Source: Camelus dromedarius (taxonomy: Eukaryota). Taken from it: a stretch of DNA of 64,000 bases. The position numbers and the translations under genes are program-made. The notes under the pieces are model-generated. The model saw only the letters and a program-made list of their open reading frames with translations. It was not told the DNA's origin and ran no database searches. The stretch's first letter is position 1, and each line of letters opens with the position of its first letter. The stretch is from contig NC_087436.1 of assembly GCF_036321535.1 (NCBI RefSeq), positions 70,434,001-70,498,000 of the forward strand, given 5' to 3'. This document shows, one piece after another, positions 26,813 to 40,250 of this stretch.

Positions 26813-27689
26813 ACTTTGGCCACATTTGCAGTAAATAGATTTTTGTGAGTTGGCTTTGGAATGTAACCAACAAATACAATATTGCTTCTTTGGGAAATAT
26901 ATGTGTCCTGTGTTTGGCAAGAAGAGAATGTGGTGTCTCCAGAGCATCCTTCGTCCACTCTTGCCTTGTACCTCACCAGTGTCTAACAGTATAAGGGATT
27001 GTGGTGGTTTGGGGGCTACTTTTTGCTCTTCCAGGGTCCCAAAGAAAGCTCACTGTCTTATACATCAAACATTTGTATGTCAGGCAAGACCTGACTTTTG
27101 TAGTTTCGGCTTTCATATAAACTATGCTTTGATAAATAAGAAACCCCGTAACTGATCTTTCAAATGGGGCTTGTGTTCCTTCAGAGACTTGTGGTGAATT
27201 CACAGAGGCATCTCACAGAGCCTGCGGTTCTGTTTTGTCAGCATCACCAGGTTTATTTGCACCTCAGTGTTTGTTGCTGCAGATATTTGAATGCTCTGTT
27301 GCATTTTACCATGCACCTTTACACAGATGAGGGGAAAATTTTTAAATGCTGATGCTAATACTAAGAAACATAGGTACCATAAACTTCACTTTGTTTTGAC
27401 TAAGCTGGAAAGTCTTAGGCATGCCAAAGTCAATCCAGTACTCTTTGGATGAGAGCCTGTGGATTAAGGTGCGAAGGAAAAGAAAAAACATGTTGGAATA
27501 CTTCGTATGCATTTAAATTTATTATGTCTGAAATGAAGGACTTGAGTGTGAGCATTAGAGCTTTTTAACCTTTGGGAACAGAACTGTCTTTATAACATGT
27601 AAATATATTTGTTCTAATTTTTATATTAACATGTTTTCTGGAATGCATTGAGTGTAGAAGGAGGGAGGTTTATATAGGGTAGTTCGAAA

Positions 27690-28115
27690 AAAATGAATTT
27701 TAAAGCTTTTTGGTTTGAAAGAGTTCCAATATCAACAGAAGAGGAGAGACTAGTACAATGAACTTCCATCTACCCATTACCCAGCTCTGACATTCACAAT
27801 ATATCGCCAGTCTTGTGTCACACTTTTTACCGCCCACCCCCTTTTATTTTTTTACTGGAATATTTTAAAGTAAATGCTACATCATATCATTTCACAAATT
27901 AATTAAATATTTCTAAGGAATATAGACATTAAAAAGTGTAACCCCTATGTCATTGTCATACCTGATAGCATTAACAATCATTCCTTAGTATCAGCGAATA
28001 CCCAGTTAATATTTAAGCTTCCTTAATTGTCTCAAAAATTTTTTTAAAATTTTGCCTATATCAGGATCTCAACCTGCATACTGCATTTGATAGTTATATC
28101 TTGTAGGTTTCTTTT
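27690..28115 (-). mobile_element. Old L1MC-type 3' fragment
   Basis: tagtacaatgaacttccatctacccattacccagct..ggaatattttaaagtaaat..attaacaatcattccttagtatca. Confidence 0.7.
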
Positions 28116-28321
28116 TTCTTTTTTCATTTGAAAAGAGCCATTTACTCATCATTGAGTGTGAAAAGAATTTAAGATCTATTGAAAAAGACTTGAGACTTAA
28201 TTCTGGAAATTATAGCATTAATTTACTAATTGAAGAATGCAGTGGCCGAAACAATACCAAACATAGATCATTGAAATTTGAGAATCATGGCTATGGTTTC
28301 TAATGTTCTGATAAGATGCTG

Positions 28322-28430
28322 TTATTTTTATTTATTTATTTATTTATTTTTGTCTATTGTATTTTATACTTTTTAAAAATTGCAGTATAGTCAGCTTACA
28401 ATTTTGTGTCAATTTCTTGTATGCAGCACA
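28322..28430 (-). mobile_element. Short L1 3' terminus with (TTTA)n tail
   Basis: tttatttattt..attgcagtatagtcagcttacaattttgtgtcaatttct. Confidence 0.7.
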
Positions 28431-29244
28431 ATGAAGTTTCTTTTTATCTACCAGAATTAAAGAGGGTGTTTTTAAGTTGGGGAGGACCTTACTTATGTGG
28501 AGTGACCTGCTCCTTGCTAAGAAGCCACTAGAGCCAAACAAGCATTTCTTCCACTCTTAGGCAAGGGATGGGGCTGAGGACATTTCCTCCTAAAATACCA
28601 TAAATAGAGGTAACGGAGGAATTTGCAGTCTTTCTGTGTCCTTCCTGTTCTCGCAAAGTTAATCCAGAAAGTTTACACTTAAAAGCAACATTTTAAAAAA
28701 TATTCAGAGCATAGATTTGAATCATGGCTGTTAAATAGCCACCAACAAATCAATTTCATGCTGTTCTCCTGATGTCTACGTATTAGTCATCTGCTTTGGC
28801 ATCTTCTGGCACTAAGCGTTGCCATCCCTGGGGCACAGTTAGGTGAGGACCTAGGTGGCAACTACATAAGTCATAAACTTGGAGGCTTAGTTTGGCAGAA
28901 GTTAACACAGATTAGGTGGATAAGTTAATGCTGATTGGCCTTAGTTCAGAGAGCTGACACGTTGCTTAGCACCTTTATGAGGCTGAGGTCAGTGTGCAGG
29001 TGCTGAACGCTGGGGATAAAGTCTTCTAAGATGGGTCAGTCCATTCTTTGGTCTGCAGACAGAGGACTGGGCCAGGCTCTGGCTTGGCTGCCGTAGGATG
29101 CTGCCCCAGCAGACCCTGCCTGGAACTTCTGTGCTGTGGTCCCAGGAAGACCTTCTGAGTAGAAGTAGGTTCCAGGAAGATCCTTAATAGAGTTGTTTAT
29201 ATAATGACAAAGATTTAAAAAGTGAAGAAGACTGTAAGCTTGAG

Positions 29245-29762
29245 GAAATGTTACTGTTGCTCAGAACCTCCCAGTGGTTTCTAGTTGCTCAGAGTAAATG
29301 TTGAAGCCCTGTGCGTAGCCTCCTAGGCCATGCAGCCTGCCTGTCCTTTACCTTGACCTCTCTCACCGTATTTCCTACTGTCCCTATTCACTCTGCTCTA
29401 GATGCTGGCCTCTGATGTTCTGAGATGGCCAACCAGACTCTCCTGCCTCAGGGCCTTTGCCCTTGCTGTTTTCTCTAATAATCACTTCCTCACCTCCTTC
29501 AGGTCTTCACTCAGAGTGTCACTCAGTGAGGCTTTCCTAAACTGCCTGTTTAAAACTGACCCCCGCCCTGCTTTGTCCACCAGCACTCCCTAAATCTCTT
29601 CCTTGCTTACGTTTTTCCATAGCAGTATCACCTAACGTATTATACAATTTACTTTTAAATTTTGTTTTGTCTATTTCCCCAATATGGATTTATCCTTCGT
29701 GTCTAGAATAAGGCCTATTCAGAGTAGACACTCAATAAACCGGTTAAATGAATGAGTAGATG
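29245..29762 (+). mobile_element. L2 LINE 3' part
   Basis: cctgcctcagggcctttgcccttgctgtt..cacctccttcaggtct..gtagacactcaataaa..tgaatgagt. Confidence 0.85.
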
Positions 29763-30436
29763 AGGTAAACTTTGGAAAATTTGATCACAAGTATGCACTG
29801 AGAGATTCCTTGAGCAAAAGAAAGGGTAAACTTTGAACAATATTGTGGAAAGAGACATCAGTAAGGGGGCATAGACTAGAGAAATGTCTTCGTTGTTCAT
29901 GTAACAGTGAACTGTGCTTATAAAATTGATGAGATGAAGTAGTGTTTCATCTTAGTAGTGTAACCCATATGGTGAGTGATATATTCTTTGGGCTTTTGGT
30001 ACAGTGCATCCCTGGCACGTGTGAATCTGACAGTTGTGATTTTGGCTGTTTGCTGGCATCCCTGAAGAGTCATACCATGTAGTCATTTGCACTTTGTAAA
30101 GGAAAACTTGAGATGGTCTCCTGCGCCAGTGGTGAACCTAGACTGAGCCTGGCGGATGGCCCTGCACTGCAGGTCATCCTGGTAACCTTTTCCTCAGGGA
30201 TCCAGAAACTCATATAGTTACACTTGACCACACATCATATCTGAATTTATATATTGCAGTAATATTGGTGAATTTGGGCATTTGCAAAGTGGGGTTGGGG
30301 AAGAGGTGTTTCATGAATGTCAAAGGTCTGTAAACTCTAGGTGTTCTGGTGAGTCTCCTCTTTCACCAAAGGCCTATTTGGTATTTGTGATCCTGGGTTC
30401 CCAAAGAGTTTGGAACAGATTAATCAAATCAGCTGA

Positions 30437-30700
30437 AGAGAGGCGGTATGACATGTAGTGGTTAAGAGCACAGACTTGTGGAGCTAGACCCACCTGGGTT
30501 TGAATCCTGACTTCGACAGTTATTAGCTGTGTCACTTTGGGCAAGTTACTTAATCTCTCTGTGCCTCAGAGATGATGATAAAGATGGTACATACCTCAGT
30601 AGATTGTTGTGTGAGAATTAAATGTACTCATAATATTTGTAGATGCAGTTACCTCAGTGACTGGCACATAGTCAGCTTAACCTAAGTGTTTGCTAAGTAA
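30437..30700 (+). mobile_element. MIR SINE
   Basis: gtagtggttaagagcacagac..ctgggtttgaatcctg..ttgggcaagttacttaatctctctgtgcctcag..ctggcacatagt. Confidence 0.88.
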
Positions 30701-30894
30701 AAATAAAAGCATTTATTTGGGAAGCCTGTTAGGGATGCTTCAACTTTTGGCCAGTAGAAGCACCAAGAAAGAGAAAATGATGAGTGTGAGTGTTACAATT
30801 TGAAGTTATAAGAAGGCATATTGAAGTTACGTAATAGGAAAGAAAATTCTTGAAGGTAATGCCTGATGGGCAGGGATTAGTTAATTATGAAGAG

Positions 30895-31100
30895 GTATGG
30901 GAGAGTAGTTAAGTTAAACTTCCTGCCTGGTCTTCTTGTCATGCTTATTGTGTGATTTGGGGTAAATTATTAACTTCAAATTACAACTCTAAATGGGTAC
31001 ATTAAAAGTTTTTACCTTATAGGGTTGCCATGAAGATTGAATCAAACAAGCACTGTCAAGTGCTTAGCGTAATACCTGGCACAGTGTAGTACATGTTTTA
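30895..31100 (+). mobile_element. Degenerate MIR
   Basis: tgtgtgatttggggtaaattattaac..taccttatagggttgccatgaagattgaat..cctggcacag. Confidence 0.6.
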
Positions 31101-32030
31101 AAAATGAGACTTAAAAAGAATTAATTGTTGATGAGAGTCCCTAATCTCAGTCCCTACATTGTTATAAGTATGGAAATCGTTTAGCTAGAACCTTCAGCTC
31201 TGTCCTGTCGTTGAGCTGGCTGGACAAAAGCTGACAGCATCCCAAATGAAATAACGCGTGCACGACTCTTAGCACAGCACCCAGCATGTAGCAAGAACTC
31301 AATAAAATGCCGAGAGCCTCATCCTCACCGGCAGGTGTGGTGGTTCAGGATGAAAGATGTGAACGGTGTGGCTGCCACTTTGGGTAGAGGTGGAAAGGGA
31401 AGGCACCTTCCTCCAGTGTCAGCTCTGGGTGTCAGAGGTGGGAAGGTCAAGGAGCAGTACCTGCTCAGATGCCATCCAGCTGACTCCTGGCACTGTGTCC
31501 TGGAACAAACTCCTGCTCTGGAGTCCCCATCCACCTGCCAGCCTGGATCTGACCTGAGGTCACCGTAAAAGCCACAGTGAATGTATGAAAAATCACAGAC
31601 TCCAATGAAAAGTATAAATTAACTCTGGATATCTGTGCTATCCCTGTGCTAATTACTCAGATAATTAACATTGACTATGTATCAATTTAAAGTTAGGCTG
31701 TAATTTCCAGAGCTCAAAGTTTATATTGACATTTCAAATCCTAATTTCCGTTTGTAGGTAGTTGCTATCCAGCTTCTTTATTGGTTTGCCTAAACACATT
31801 ACAGAGTTTTATTTGTCCAGCTGCAGGCCTGAGGACAAAATTGAGCTTTCTTATAGTTTCTCCTGCTTTTTCTGGATTTTTAAAGCAGTTTAGCCTGTAC
31901 TTTATTTTTAAGTCCATTCATCTACATAGTCATTGAACAAATGTTTTCTTAGAACCTACTATGTGGCAGAGCTAGGTACCACTTTACCTTTTTTTTAAAA
32001 GCAGACAAAGGGAAATTCTTACTTGAATTT

Positions 32031-32260
32031 TTTTTTTAGTGTAAAAGGAATCAAATTTTTTTAACTTAGTTTTTTGGTTTTTTTTTTTTTTTTTTTTTTG
32101 CTTATTTTGGTGGTTTTTGTTTTGGGGGAGGTAATTAGGTTTATTTATTTATTTATTTATTTTAAAATTACTATTATTATTTTTTAATGGAGGTACTGGG
32201 GATTGAACCGAGGACCTTGTGCACGTTAAGCAGGCACTCTACCACTGAGCTCCCCCTCAT
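32031..32260 (-). mobile_element. tRNA-derived camelid SINE (Vic-1-like) with long composite tail
   Basis: gggggaggtaattaggtttatttattt..aatggaggtactggggattgaaccgaggaccttgtgcacgttaagcaggcactctaccactgagct; candidate TSD ttgaattt (32023-32030, 32261-32268). Confidence 0.85.
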
Positions 32261-32604
32261 TTGAATTTAATTCTGTATAATACAGTACAGTTACAGTCTA
32301 TGTGATGGGTTAAGTTCTAAAATTAGGCAATAAAGAGAAAATTAAATAGTTAAGATTATTCTTTAAAAAAAAATCCCTTAATTCATCCACAGACATAACA
32401 TCTTTCAGGGAATAAATACAACATACCATTTCCCCACTCTAGCTTTGGAGCAAATCACTGTTTCTTCAGTTGGATACTAGACAAGTAATTCGAAATTAGC
32501 TTGTGTGTGGGGTTCATGTTGTTTGAACACTACATTCAGGGTCTTTAAACTCAGAGATGCGCTTAGTACCAACCATATATGTACCCTCACTGTACCTGCT
32601 CCTC

Positions 32605-33200
32605 ACTGGTTGATTGATTGATTGGTGCATTCATTCATTACCATTTCATGAGCACTTATTATGTGTAACGATTGTACTTGACCTTGGAAGTAGAAAGACT
32701 TTAGAAAGATGATACCCCTCTCAAAGAGGTCCTAATGTGGTGGAGATGGCTGCCATGACGTGTCCAATCCAGTTGCATGAGGTTAATGATTGTGACGGTG
32801 CAGCATTGAACAGGCTGCATGAGAAGCAGGCATGTTAGAGGAGCCAGTGGAGAACAGGAAGAAGCACGCTCTTCTTGGGAAAGGGTGTGTCTGAGAATGT
32901 GGAGCGCTTTCTAGAGAGTTGGGTCTGGAATGGGTTAATTAGGATGACACAATGTTTAGAGGAAACAGCATGTACATGGAAGCATGGAAGCCTGTGCAGG
33001 GACTGGAATGGCGGGAATGGCAGCAGCTATGTGTGGAAAGCTCATGATAAGCCTTAAGTTCCATGTTGAGCAGTTTGCACTTCATCTTCAGTATACTGAA
33101 TGATTTTTAAAAGGAGAATGATGCCAAATTGTGTTTTATAAACGGGTGGATAAGTGAGGAATGAGTTCAGGGGCAGAGAAACCATTTAGAAACCATCAGT
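32605..33200 (-). mobile_element. L2 LINE 3' part
   Basis: cattcattcatt..tgagcacttattatgtg; gaggaaacagcatgtaca; gagcagtttgcacttcatct..gatttttaa. Confidence 0.7.
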
Positions 33201-33340
33201 GGGGGCGGCCATCCGGCCATCATACACTCACTTCTAAGCCTGGATGTGCTAGGGCACGTGTTGCAGGATGGGTTTACAGCTATAGGAGTCCTTTTCTTCC
33301 CTTTTGCCTGGTGGGTTGTCTTGTCTTCTTCCCTTTGCTT

Positions 33341-33473
33341 TTTTTTGAAGGGGAAGTAATTAGTCTATTTTATTTATTTATTATTTTATTATTATTATTT
33401 TAATGGTGGCATTGGGGATTGAACCCAGGACCTCATGCATGCTAAGCAGGCGCTGCCCCTGAGCTATACCCTC
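33341..33473 (-). mobile_element. Vic-1-like SINE
   Basis: ggggattgaacccaggacctcatgcatgctaagcaggcgctgcccctgagctataccc (antisense tRNA head with B box). Confidence 0.88.
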
Positions 33474-34254
33474 TTGCTTGCTCTGCTTTCTTTACTCGGC
33501 TGCTGGTTTAGCTGGCTCTTGGCTGAAGACCTGACAGTGGGGAGGAGGGGGTAGGGGACAGGCTGGACATGCCCACGGCTGCCCTCCTGGCTCTCACGCA
33601 GCCGCCCCAGCCTTTCCGTTCTCCCCTGAACCCTCTCTTAGGACCTTTCTGATTTTCACACCAGGGCCCTTAAAAAAGGGCAGTTGACAGTTAAGAGTTG
33701 AGAAGGAAGACTCCTTTTCCTGAACCTAACAGTCTAAACTCTGAGAAAACTTCCCATGGACACAGTGCTGCATTCCTGAGGTAGGAATGAGACTGTTCCG
33801 TTCTTCAGTGGAACTCTGGTCGCAAACAGCAGCATGTGATGGTCGTGAAAGCCCGTGGATTGGCCCATTGAAAAAATTAAAGAGTGGATGTGAGGCTGAG
33901 TTGGGGGGATGTCTGAGGCGTCAGGCAAGCCGTTCCCTTTTCAGCACTTAACACCCTCTGCAGAGGTTTCGCCTCCATCGGTCACCTCCCCTGAGCCTGC
34001 ACGCTCTTCCTCAGCATGGGGAAGGTGGGAGAGAGGAGGTTGGTCCTCGGCCTTGCTGGGCACTTATCACCAGTCTCCCCAGTTGACGCTCCCATGCATT
34101 TGCTCCTGGGGACAGAGTTACGGCCTTCGGGCTTGTGGGACTGTTAATAACTACTATACTCTCTGGACCGTTGGGACCTTAGATTTAGTAATGAATCGAA
34201 CTTATTTACTCTGGGAACTTACTTAATGTCCTAACTCATTTATGAAGTGTTTTA

Positions 34255-34360
34255 GGGTCATTTTAAAGGACACTGAATGAGAGGTTAACTGACTTTCCCA
34301 AGGTCACACAGTTCCTAAAAGGCACACCCGGGATTTGCACTCACTCAGTGTTACCTGATT
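34255..34360 (-). mobile_element. MIR core fragment
   Basis: gagaggttaactgactttcccaaggtcacacag..gggatttgcactc. Confidence 0.65.
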
Positions 34361-34454
34361 CTGCATGTGCAGAGACGGACCAGCTTCTGTGACTGGCCAT
34401 CGTGAGCTATGAAGTTTTCAAGGGAAATATTAAAAAGCAGATTGGAAAACCAGC

Positions 34455-35190
34455 CTTTTTAAAATGGAAATCTTTATTGAAGTAATTGTAGACTCACATG
34501 TGTATTTGAGAAATAACACAGAGAGATCACATGTACACTGCTGCTATTCCCCACTGTTAACATTTTGCAAAACTTTAGTACAATATTGCAACTAGGATTT
34601 TGGCACTGATATGATCCACTGAACTTAATCAGATTTCTCCAGTTTTATTTGTACTCATTTCTTTGTGTGTGTGTTTTAAGTTCTATACAATTATATCACC
34701 TGTGTGGATTCATATACCCATCACCACAGGGAAGATGCTGAACAGGGCCAGCTCCACAAGGGTCCCTCATGTTGCCCTTTTATAACCATGAACACCCCAC
34801 TGCAACCTCCACCCACCACGCCTCTGCCTTCTCTACACTCTGGCCACTACTAGTCTGTCCATCACATCTAAAATTTTGTCATTTCAAAAATGTCATATAA
34901 ATGGAACCATATGGTATGTAGCCTCTTGGGATCAGCCTTTTTAAATAGCATAATCCCTTGGAGATTCATTTAGTTTGTTTTGTTTGTCAATAGTTTGTTC
35001 CTTTTTATTGCTAAGCAATACTGCATGGTATGGGTGTACCAGCTGGTTTAACCATTCACCTGTTGAAAGCCATCTGGGCGAGTTCTAGTCTTTGGCCATT
35101 ACAGAGAAAGCTGCTGTGAACATTCCTGTACAGGATTTTGTGCGAACAGAAGTTTTCATTTCTCTGGGATAAATGCCCAAGAGCACAAAT
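34455..35190 (-). mobile_element. L1MC-type 3' end
   Basis: agaaataacacagagagatc..aacattttgcaaaact..tataaatggaaccatat..gtttaaccattcacctgttgaa..ctctgggataaatgcccaagag. Confidence 0.85.
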
Positions 35191-38100
35191 GAACTTTTAA
35201 TGCAGTTTGTAAATCCAGACCAGAATTATGTTTGGCCTGACCCTGCTCCGGATTCCATTTTCACCTTTTATGCAGTCTGCGGTGTGATGTGGCACGGGGC
35301 TGGCCCCCACGTCTCCCTGGCCCAGGGCCTGTGTGAATCGCCAGGCTGACTGGGGCGTGCCTGAGCTCTGCGCAGGGCGTTTGCTTTGCTGTGTTGCCGC
35401 CTGATCTCTGGGACTCCCCTCTGCCGTGAGTCAGGCTTATCGCGTTTGCCACACTGATGTTTCTTTTCCCCAGCATGGAGATCTGGAGCTCCAGCAGTCT
35501 CCACGGTTAAGCTGCCAACTGCGTCCTTCTCTTTTCCTCCCTGTGGGACTGAAAGGCTCTCTCCGCATGGGGACAGTGCAGTGAGGAAAGGAACAGTTGC
35601 GGCTTGCCCTCCGCCCTTGCCCTCCGCTTCCCTGTAGTGAACACATGTTGCCAAAAGATGGCAGTGCTCTTTGCAGCCTCTGTGACCACTCTCCCCTGTC
35701 GCCTGTGGTTTGGAGAACGGATACTGTTCTTGCTTGATGTGTCTGTTGAAAATGTGGACCACAGATTTTCCAAAACAACAAAGGCACCAATAAAACACTG
35801 TGTGGTTTAAAAAGTTTGAAAGAAAACATTACATTTGCTAGTGATTTGTAATGAAAATGGTTCCTGACTTCTTAGAAATGATTTGAATAGGAAACAGAAT
35901 TTGGAGATGTGTGTGTGAGTGTACAATTTTAGATATCAGTACTAATTGTTGAATTCTGTGTGGCTCCTGGAAAAGCGCCAGGAGAATACTGATTTTTACC
36001 TCCCATCTGATCTATGACCAGCTGAGTAGCAGGGACAGCCTGCATTTGAGCTCAGAGACCTGAGATTAACACCTTTCAGTCCTCAAGTAAAAGCCCTTAT
36101 GCACAGTGTAAATATAATTTTCATGGCAGCAACAGCTAATAGTAATGATCCAACCCTTCGCTTCCTGGTATTTGTCCACTCCCCTGCGCGCATGACTTCG
36201 GTTTGTGAGGGCATGTGTGTAAAGGACTGTTTAAACATTTGCTGTGCACAGGAAAGCTGCTGTAACGTGAGAGAATATGGGGTTCACTGGCTGTTGTAAA
36301 CAGATCAAGCTAGTTAGGATAAAGGAGGTGAGTTTGAATTTGAGGTTAACGAGCAAACTTTAAGCTGTGTGCACGGAAAGAACCAGCGGTGTCAGACTCA
36401 GGTATGGACTTGCTAACAGCTGGAGCTATTCTGCTCCCCGGGGTGCCATTACCTGGTGCCTTTTTGGAAGTAGTCAGAAAGCCCCACTACTCATTCAATC
36501 TACACACAGCCTCTTTAGGTGGAGAGCAGGGTGTGGAGAGAGGGTTGGCCCTGGAAGTGGGGCTGTAAGCCCTGAGTGGATCCTCTATGCACAGACCAGG
36601 GTGCCAAAGTTGGGGAGGGGTTTGAGAGCGGCTGCTGCCGTGATCGTGCAGCTCAGAACACAGTCGTGGTCCTGGGGTGACAAGGGAACATGTGGCTCCA
36701 CCTTAGGCAGCAGCCTTTTTGCTGCTAGTGCATCCTTTGGCAAAAGCCTTAGGTTAGGAGGAGAACTGCTCTGCATTAGTTATAACCCTGAAACCAGATG
36801 CTGTTGCTATAGAGACGAGTGTAATGCTACCGTGGGAGGCAGGAGAGGGGAGGGATGGGAGAAGGGAGTGGGGAGGGCAAGTGAGGCGAATCTAAAGGCT
36901 AGCACACCAAAGACCTTCAACCTTTAGCAGCCCTGTGATGGGCAGGCTTGCATTCTGAAACTTGTGTGCTGGCGGCCTGCCACTTGCTGACTGGCTGGGT
37001 GGCAGCTGCTGGCGCTGTGTGGACTAGCTGGTGAGCACGTTGGCAGTTGGCGAGGGCTCTGGGGGGTGGGAACTCAGAGGGGTGGAATGTCGATGGGTGC
37101 CCGAGGCCCAATGGCTGACAGTTTTGCACAAATGTTTCTCGTGCCGGGCTTAAGTCACCCTTACAAGCCTGTGTGGTGATTAGGACCGGCCGGTGAGAGC
37201 CGGTCCATTTGGCAGCAGATTTGACATGTGTTACAGTGAAATCACTTTCGTGTCCTAGAATAACGGAAGATAAGAGAAGTCCCAGGTTGGTTGGGGCTTC
37301 CGAGGAAGGGGTCTAACTTCTCCTGTCAGAAGCCCTGCTGAGGGAAGGCAGCATGGGCCCCGTGTGGGTTTTACACTGACTGGTATGACCCTTATCCCCG
37401 TGATGCTGGTGAGAAGCTTCCAAGTCTATTCTGAACTTTGCCTCCCGCTGGCGCTGTGCACAGCCTAGGGAGCCGCTTAGAAGCCTGCGCCTTCCCTTCT
37501 TTGTTTTCTGCGAGTGCAGCTCGTGTGAAAGGAACTTTTTAGAATGGATTTGGGGACCTGATTAAGGACTCGATGAGTTCATTCCTTCCTACTGATAAAG
37601 GGGAAAACTGGTGGGGTCAGACGGTCATTTTAAAAGATATCTCTGTCTTACTAATAATAGCAAGCAGCCGCTGAGAAGGTCTGGGGGAAGGGGACACAAA
37701 CCCAAATAACTGACGCTTGTGGCGTCAAGAGGAAAAAGCGCCGTGAAGCCCCTGTGCCTGGCGCAGGAGCCCAGATGTGCCAGGCCGGACCTGCTCTCCG
37801 GCCAGGGCTGCGCTGGGCGTGCAGGCTTTGTATCTTCAGTTTGCATTTTCTTTTTCACTTTCTACAGGGGAAGAGGCTGCTGACAGAAGCTCTGCATTGT
37901 CCATCAGAAAGAACTAGGTTTCTCATTACTTGCTATGTATAGTCTTGGAGGGAATGTGAAATATGTACCAAAGAGCCAAGGAATGCCCCCAGCGTTATTC
38001 GCACTCTGACACAGACGGTGCTTTAGTTATGCTGGGTGGCTTTCTCCATCTAGGAAGCGGGCTCTGGGCTGTAATATTTGTACGGTTGTTCAGTTGTTCC

Positions 38101-38514
38101 TGCTTTCTTCCTTTACTTCTGCTTTGATTGTTTGTTGCATGCGATTTGGGGAAGGGCTTAGGTGCAGAGGCTACACATTTTATTTAGGGAATATGTGGAA
38201 AGTCAGTAGACCACTTTGGGACCAGCTTGATTCATGGTGGGGTGCAGAAATGATGTTTTGCAGGAATTGGTGTTGGATTCTGTAGGTCGATAGGACTGGA
38301 AAGCATTTGTTCTGAGAAAAAACGTGGGCTAAACTACTCTTTGTTTCCCGAAGGGAAGACAGTTTTCTGAGTGTCCATGCAGTAGTCCAGGCTCCAGGCT
38401 TTGCTGTGTTTCCAAGGTCTTTGAAGGAATTTCCATGTTAAGCTGTCATACTCATCTAGGTCCACAAGGGCTGTAATACTGAGGGGTTCTTGCCCCTTGG
38501 ACAGAGAAAGCAGA

Positions 38515-38630
38515 TGTGATTACACCAGAGCCTTTGTCTGTCTTGCTCAGCACTGGATCTCCAGTGCCAGCAGGGTGCCTGGCGCCCAGTAGATACCCAG
38601 CAAGTATTTACTGAATGAGTGAATGGGTGG
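38515..38630 (+). mobile_element. L2 3' terminus
   Basis: tttgtctgtcttgctca..ccagtgcc..gtgcctggc..agtag..aagtatttactgaatgagtgaatg. Confidence 0.75.
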
Positions 38631-38644
38631 AGGTTTGTTTCAGG

Positions 38645-39690
38645 TGCTTTGATTGTCATCACCAACAACCTCCATGTCGCCAAACCCAAGTTCTTCTCTG
38701 TTTCCATCTTTCTCAGCCTCTTGGTAGCCGCACGCTCTTCCTTTCCTAGCTTCCCTGACATCACTCTTTCCCGGTTTTCCTCTCACCTCATGGACTGCTT
38801 TTGTTCCTCTGCTCTGCGTGTCAGTGTCGGCATGCCCGGCACTTGGTCTTAGGTCAACGCCTCTATTTCTCTGTTTTCTTCCTGGATGATTTCATCTGGT
38901 AATAGCTTCAGATACCAGCCTTATTCATCGATTTCCCCAATTCTTATCTCCAGCCCTGGGCTCCTGAGCTCTAGACTTAGACATATAGTGGTGTGCCTGA
39001 CAGTTTCTCTTTCATGTATAGTAAGTATTTCAACCATAAAGTGGCCAGAAAAGAACTCTTGATTCCTCCCCCTACACCTGTTTCTCCACAGTTGGTTGAA
39101 ATAGTTTCTTTTGTCTGAGATAGTTTCCTAGTTTCTTTTGTCTCCTGACTATGCATTTCTCACATAGCAGCCAGAGTGATCCTTTAAAAGGCGAAACAGC
39201 TCAAGTCACTTTCCGTCTTAAAACCCTTCTGGGGCTGCCATAGCACTTCCGCTGTGTCCTGCAGGGACCTGATGGCTTCCAGTATCGTCACCTCCCATTG
39301 ACCGTCCGTCTCTCTGTCCAGCCTCACTGACCTCGCTCTGTTCCCGGAACGTGCTAACCTTCTTCCCACCTTAGGGCCTTTGCACTTGCTGTTCTCCTTA
39401 TTTGGAATGTCCTGCCCCCAGATCTTCAGATGTCTGGTTCCTTGCCATCATTTTTGCCTCTGCTCAAATGTCAACTCGTCAGAAGCCGCCTCCGAACCAT
39501 CTCATGCTAAGTAGCCCCTGCCTTATTATCCTCTTCGGCAGAGCGCTCCGTGCTCTCTAGGATCACCTTGTTCATCTATTTATGATTTGTTTCTGGGCAG
39601 TTTTGTCTGCCTTATTCACAGATGTATTCCCCTCCCTCTGAAGAGGGCCAGGGATGTAGCAGACACAACATAAATGTTTGCTGGATCAGC
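38645..39690 (+). mobile_element. Long L2 fragment
   Basis: caccaacaacctccatgtcgccaaaccca..; gcagccagagtgatcctttaaaa; ttagggcctttgcacttgctgttc; taaatgtttgctg. Confidence 0.85.
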
Positions 39691-40004
39691 AAATATGCTG
39701 GATCATTTAATCTTCACGGGAACCAGAAGCTCAGAGAGGCTGATAACTGACTTGACTTCTCAAGTCTTCAAGGCATTTGCTTTTTGCTATGATCCTGACA
39801 GCTGAGCCATATCCTGTTCGCATTTAGTTTTATAGTTTTAGTTAGAGTGTAGAAAAGGAAAAAGACATACATCAGGATGCACTTTCGTGTATAAGGCCCA
39901 TACCCCTGAAATAAGATATTCTGTAAGTTTCCAGAAGTAATAAGTTTCTTCATGGCATTGTCCACTGGTAAAGTCAAGGGAAAAGAAAGAGAAGGATGGA
40001 CGGA

Positions 40005-40250
40005 AATATACCTTTATTAAACACGTAACAGGTGCGAGGCACAAAACTGAGTGCTCTCACATCTGTCACCTAATTTGAATTGCAAAGCAATCCTGCCAGG
40101 CTGATATTCTGACCCCCAATTTTATAGATGGAAAAACTGAGGCTCAACAATGTTGGATACTTTGCTCCAGGTGATACAAATACTAAGTTTTAGGGGCTAG
40201 GTTTTTTAAACCTGGGTCTCCCTGACACCAAATTTCTGACTTTTTAAGCT
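40005..40250 (-). mobile_element. MIR SINE
   Basis: cccaattttatagatggaaaaactgaggctca..tttgctccaggtgataca. Confidence 0.8.

Noticed and set aside
37183..37206. 8-bp GC stem-loop ggaccggc..gccggtcc; also a 9-bp inverted repeat at ~19932-19963
   Set aside because: Short stems like these are expected by chance in 64 kb.
39101..39143. Local duplication tagtttcttttgtct within L2
   Set aside because: Likely a repair or slippage scar in a dead repeat.
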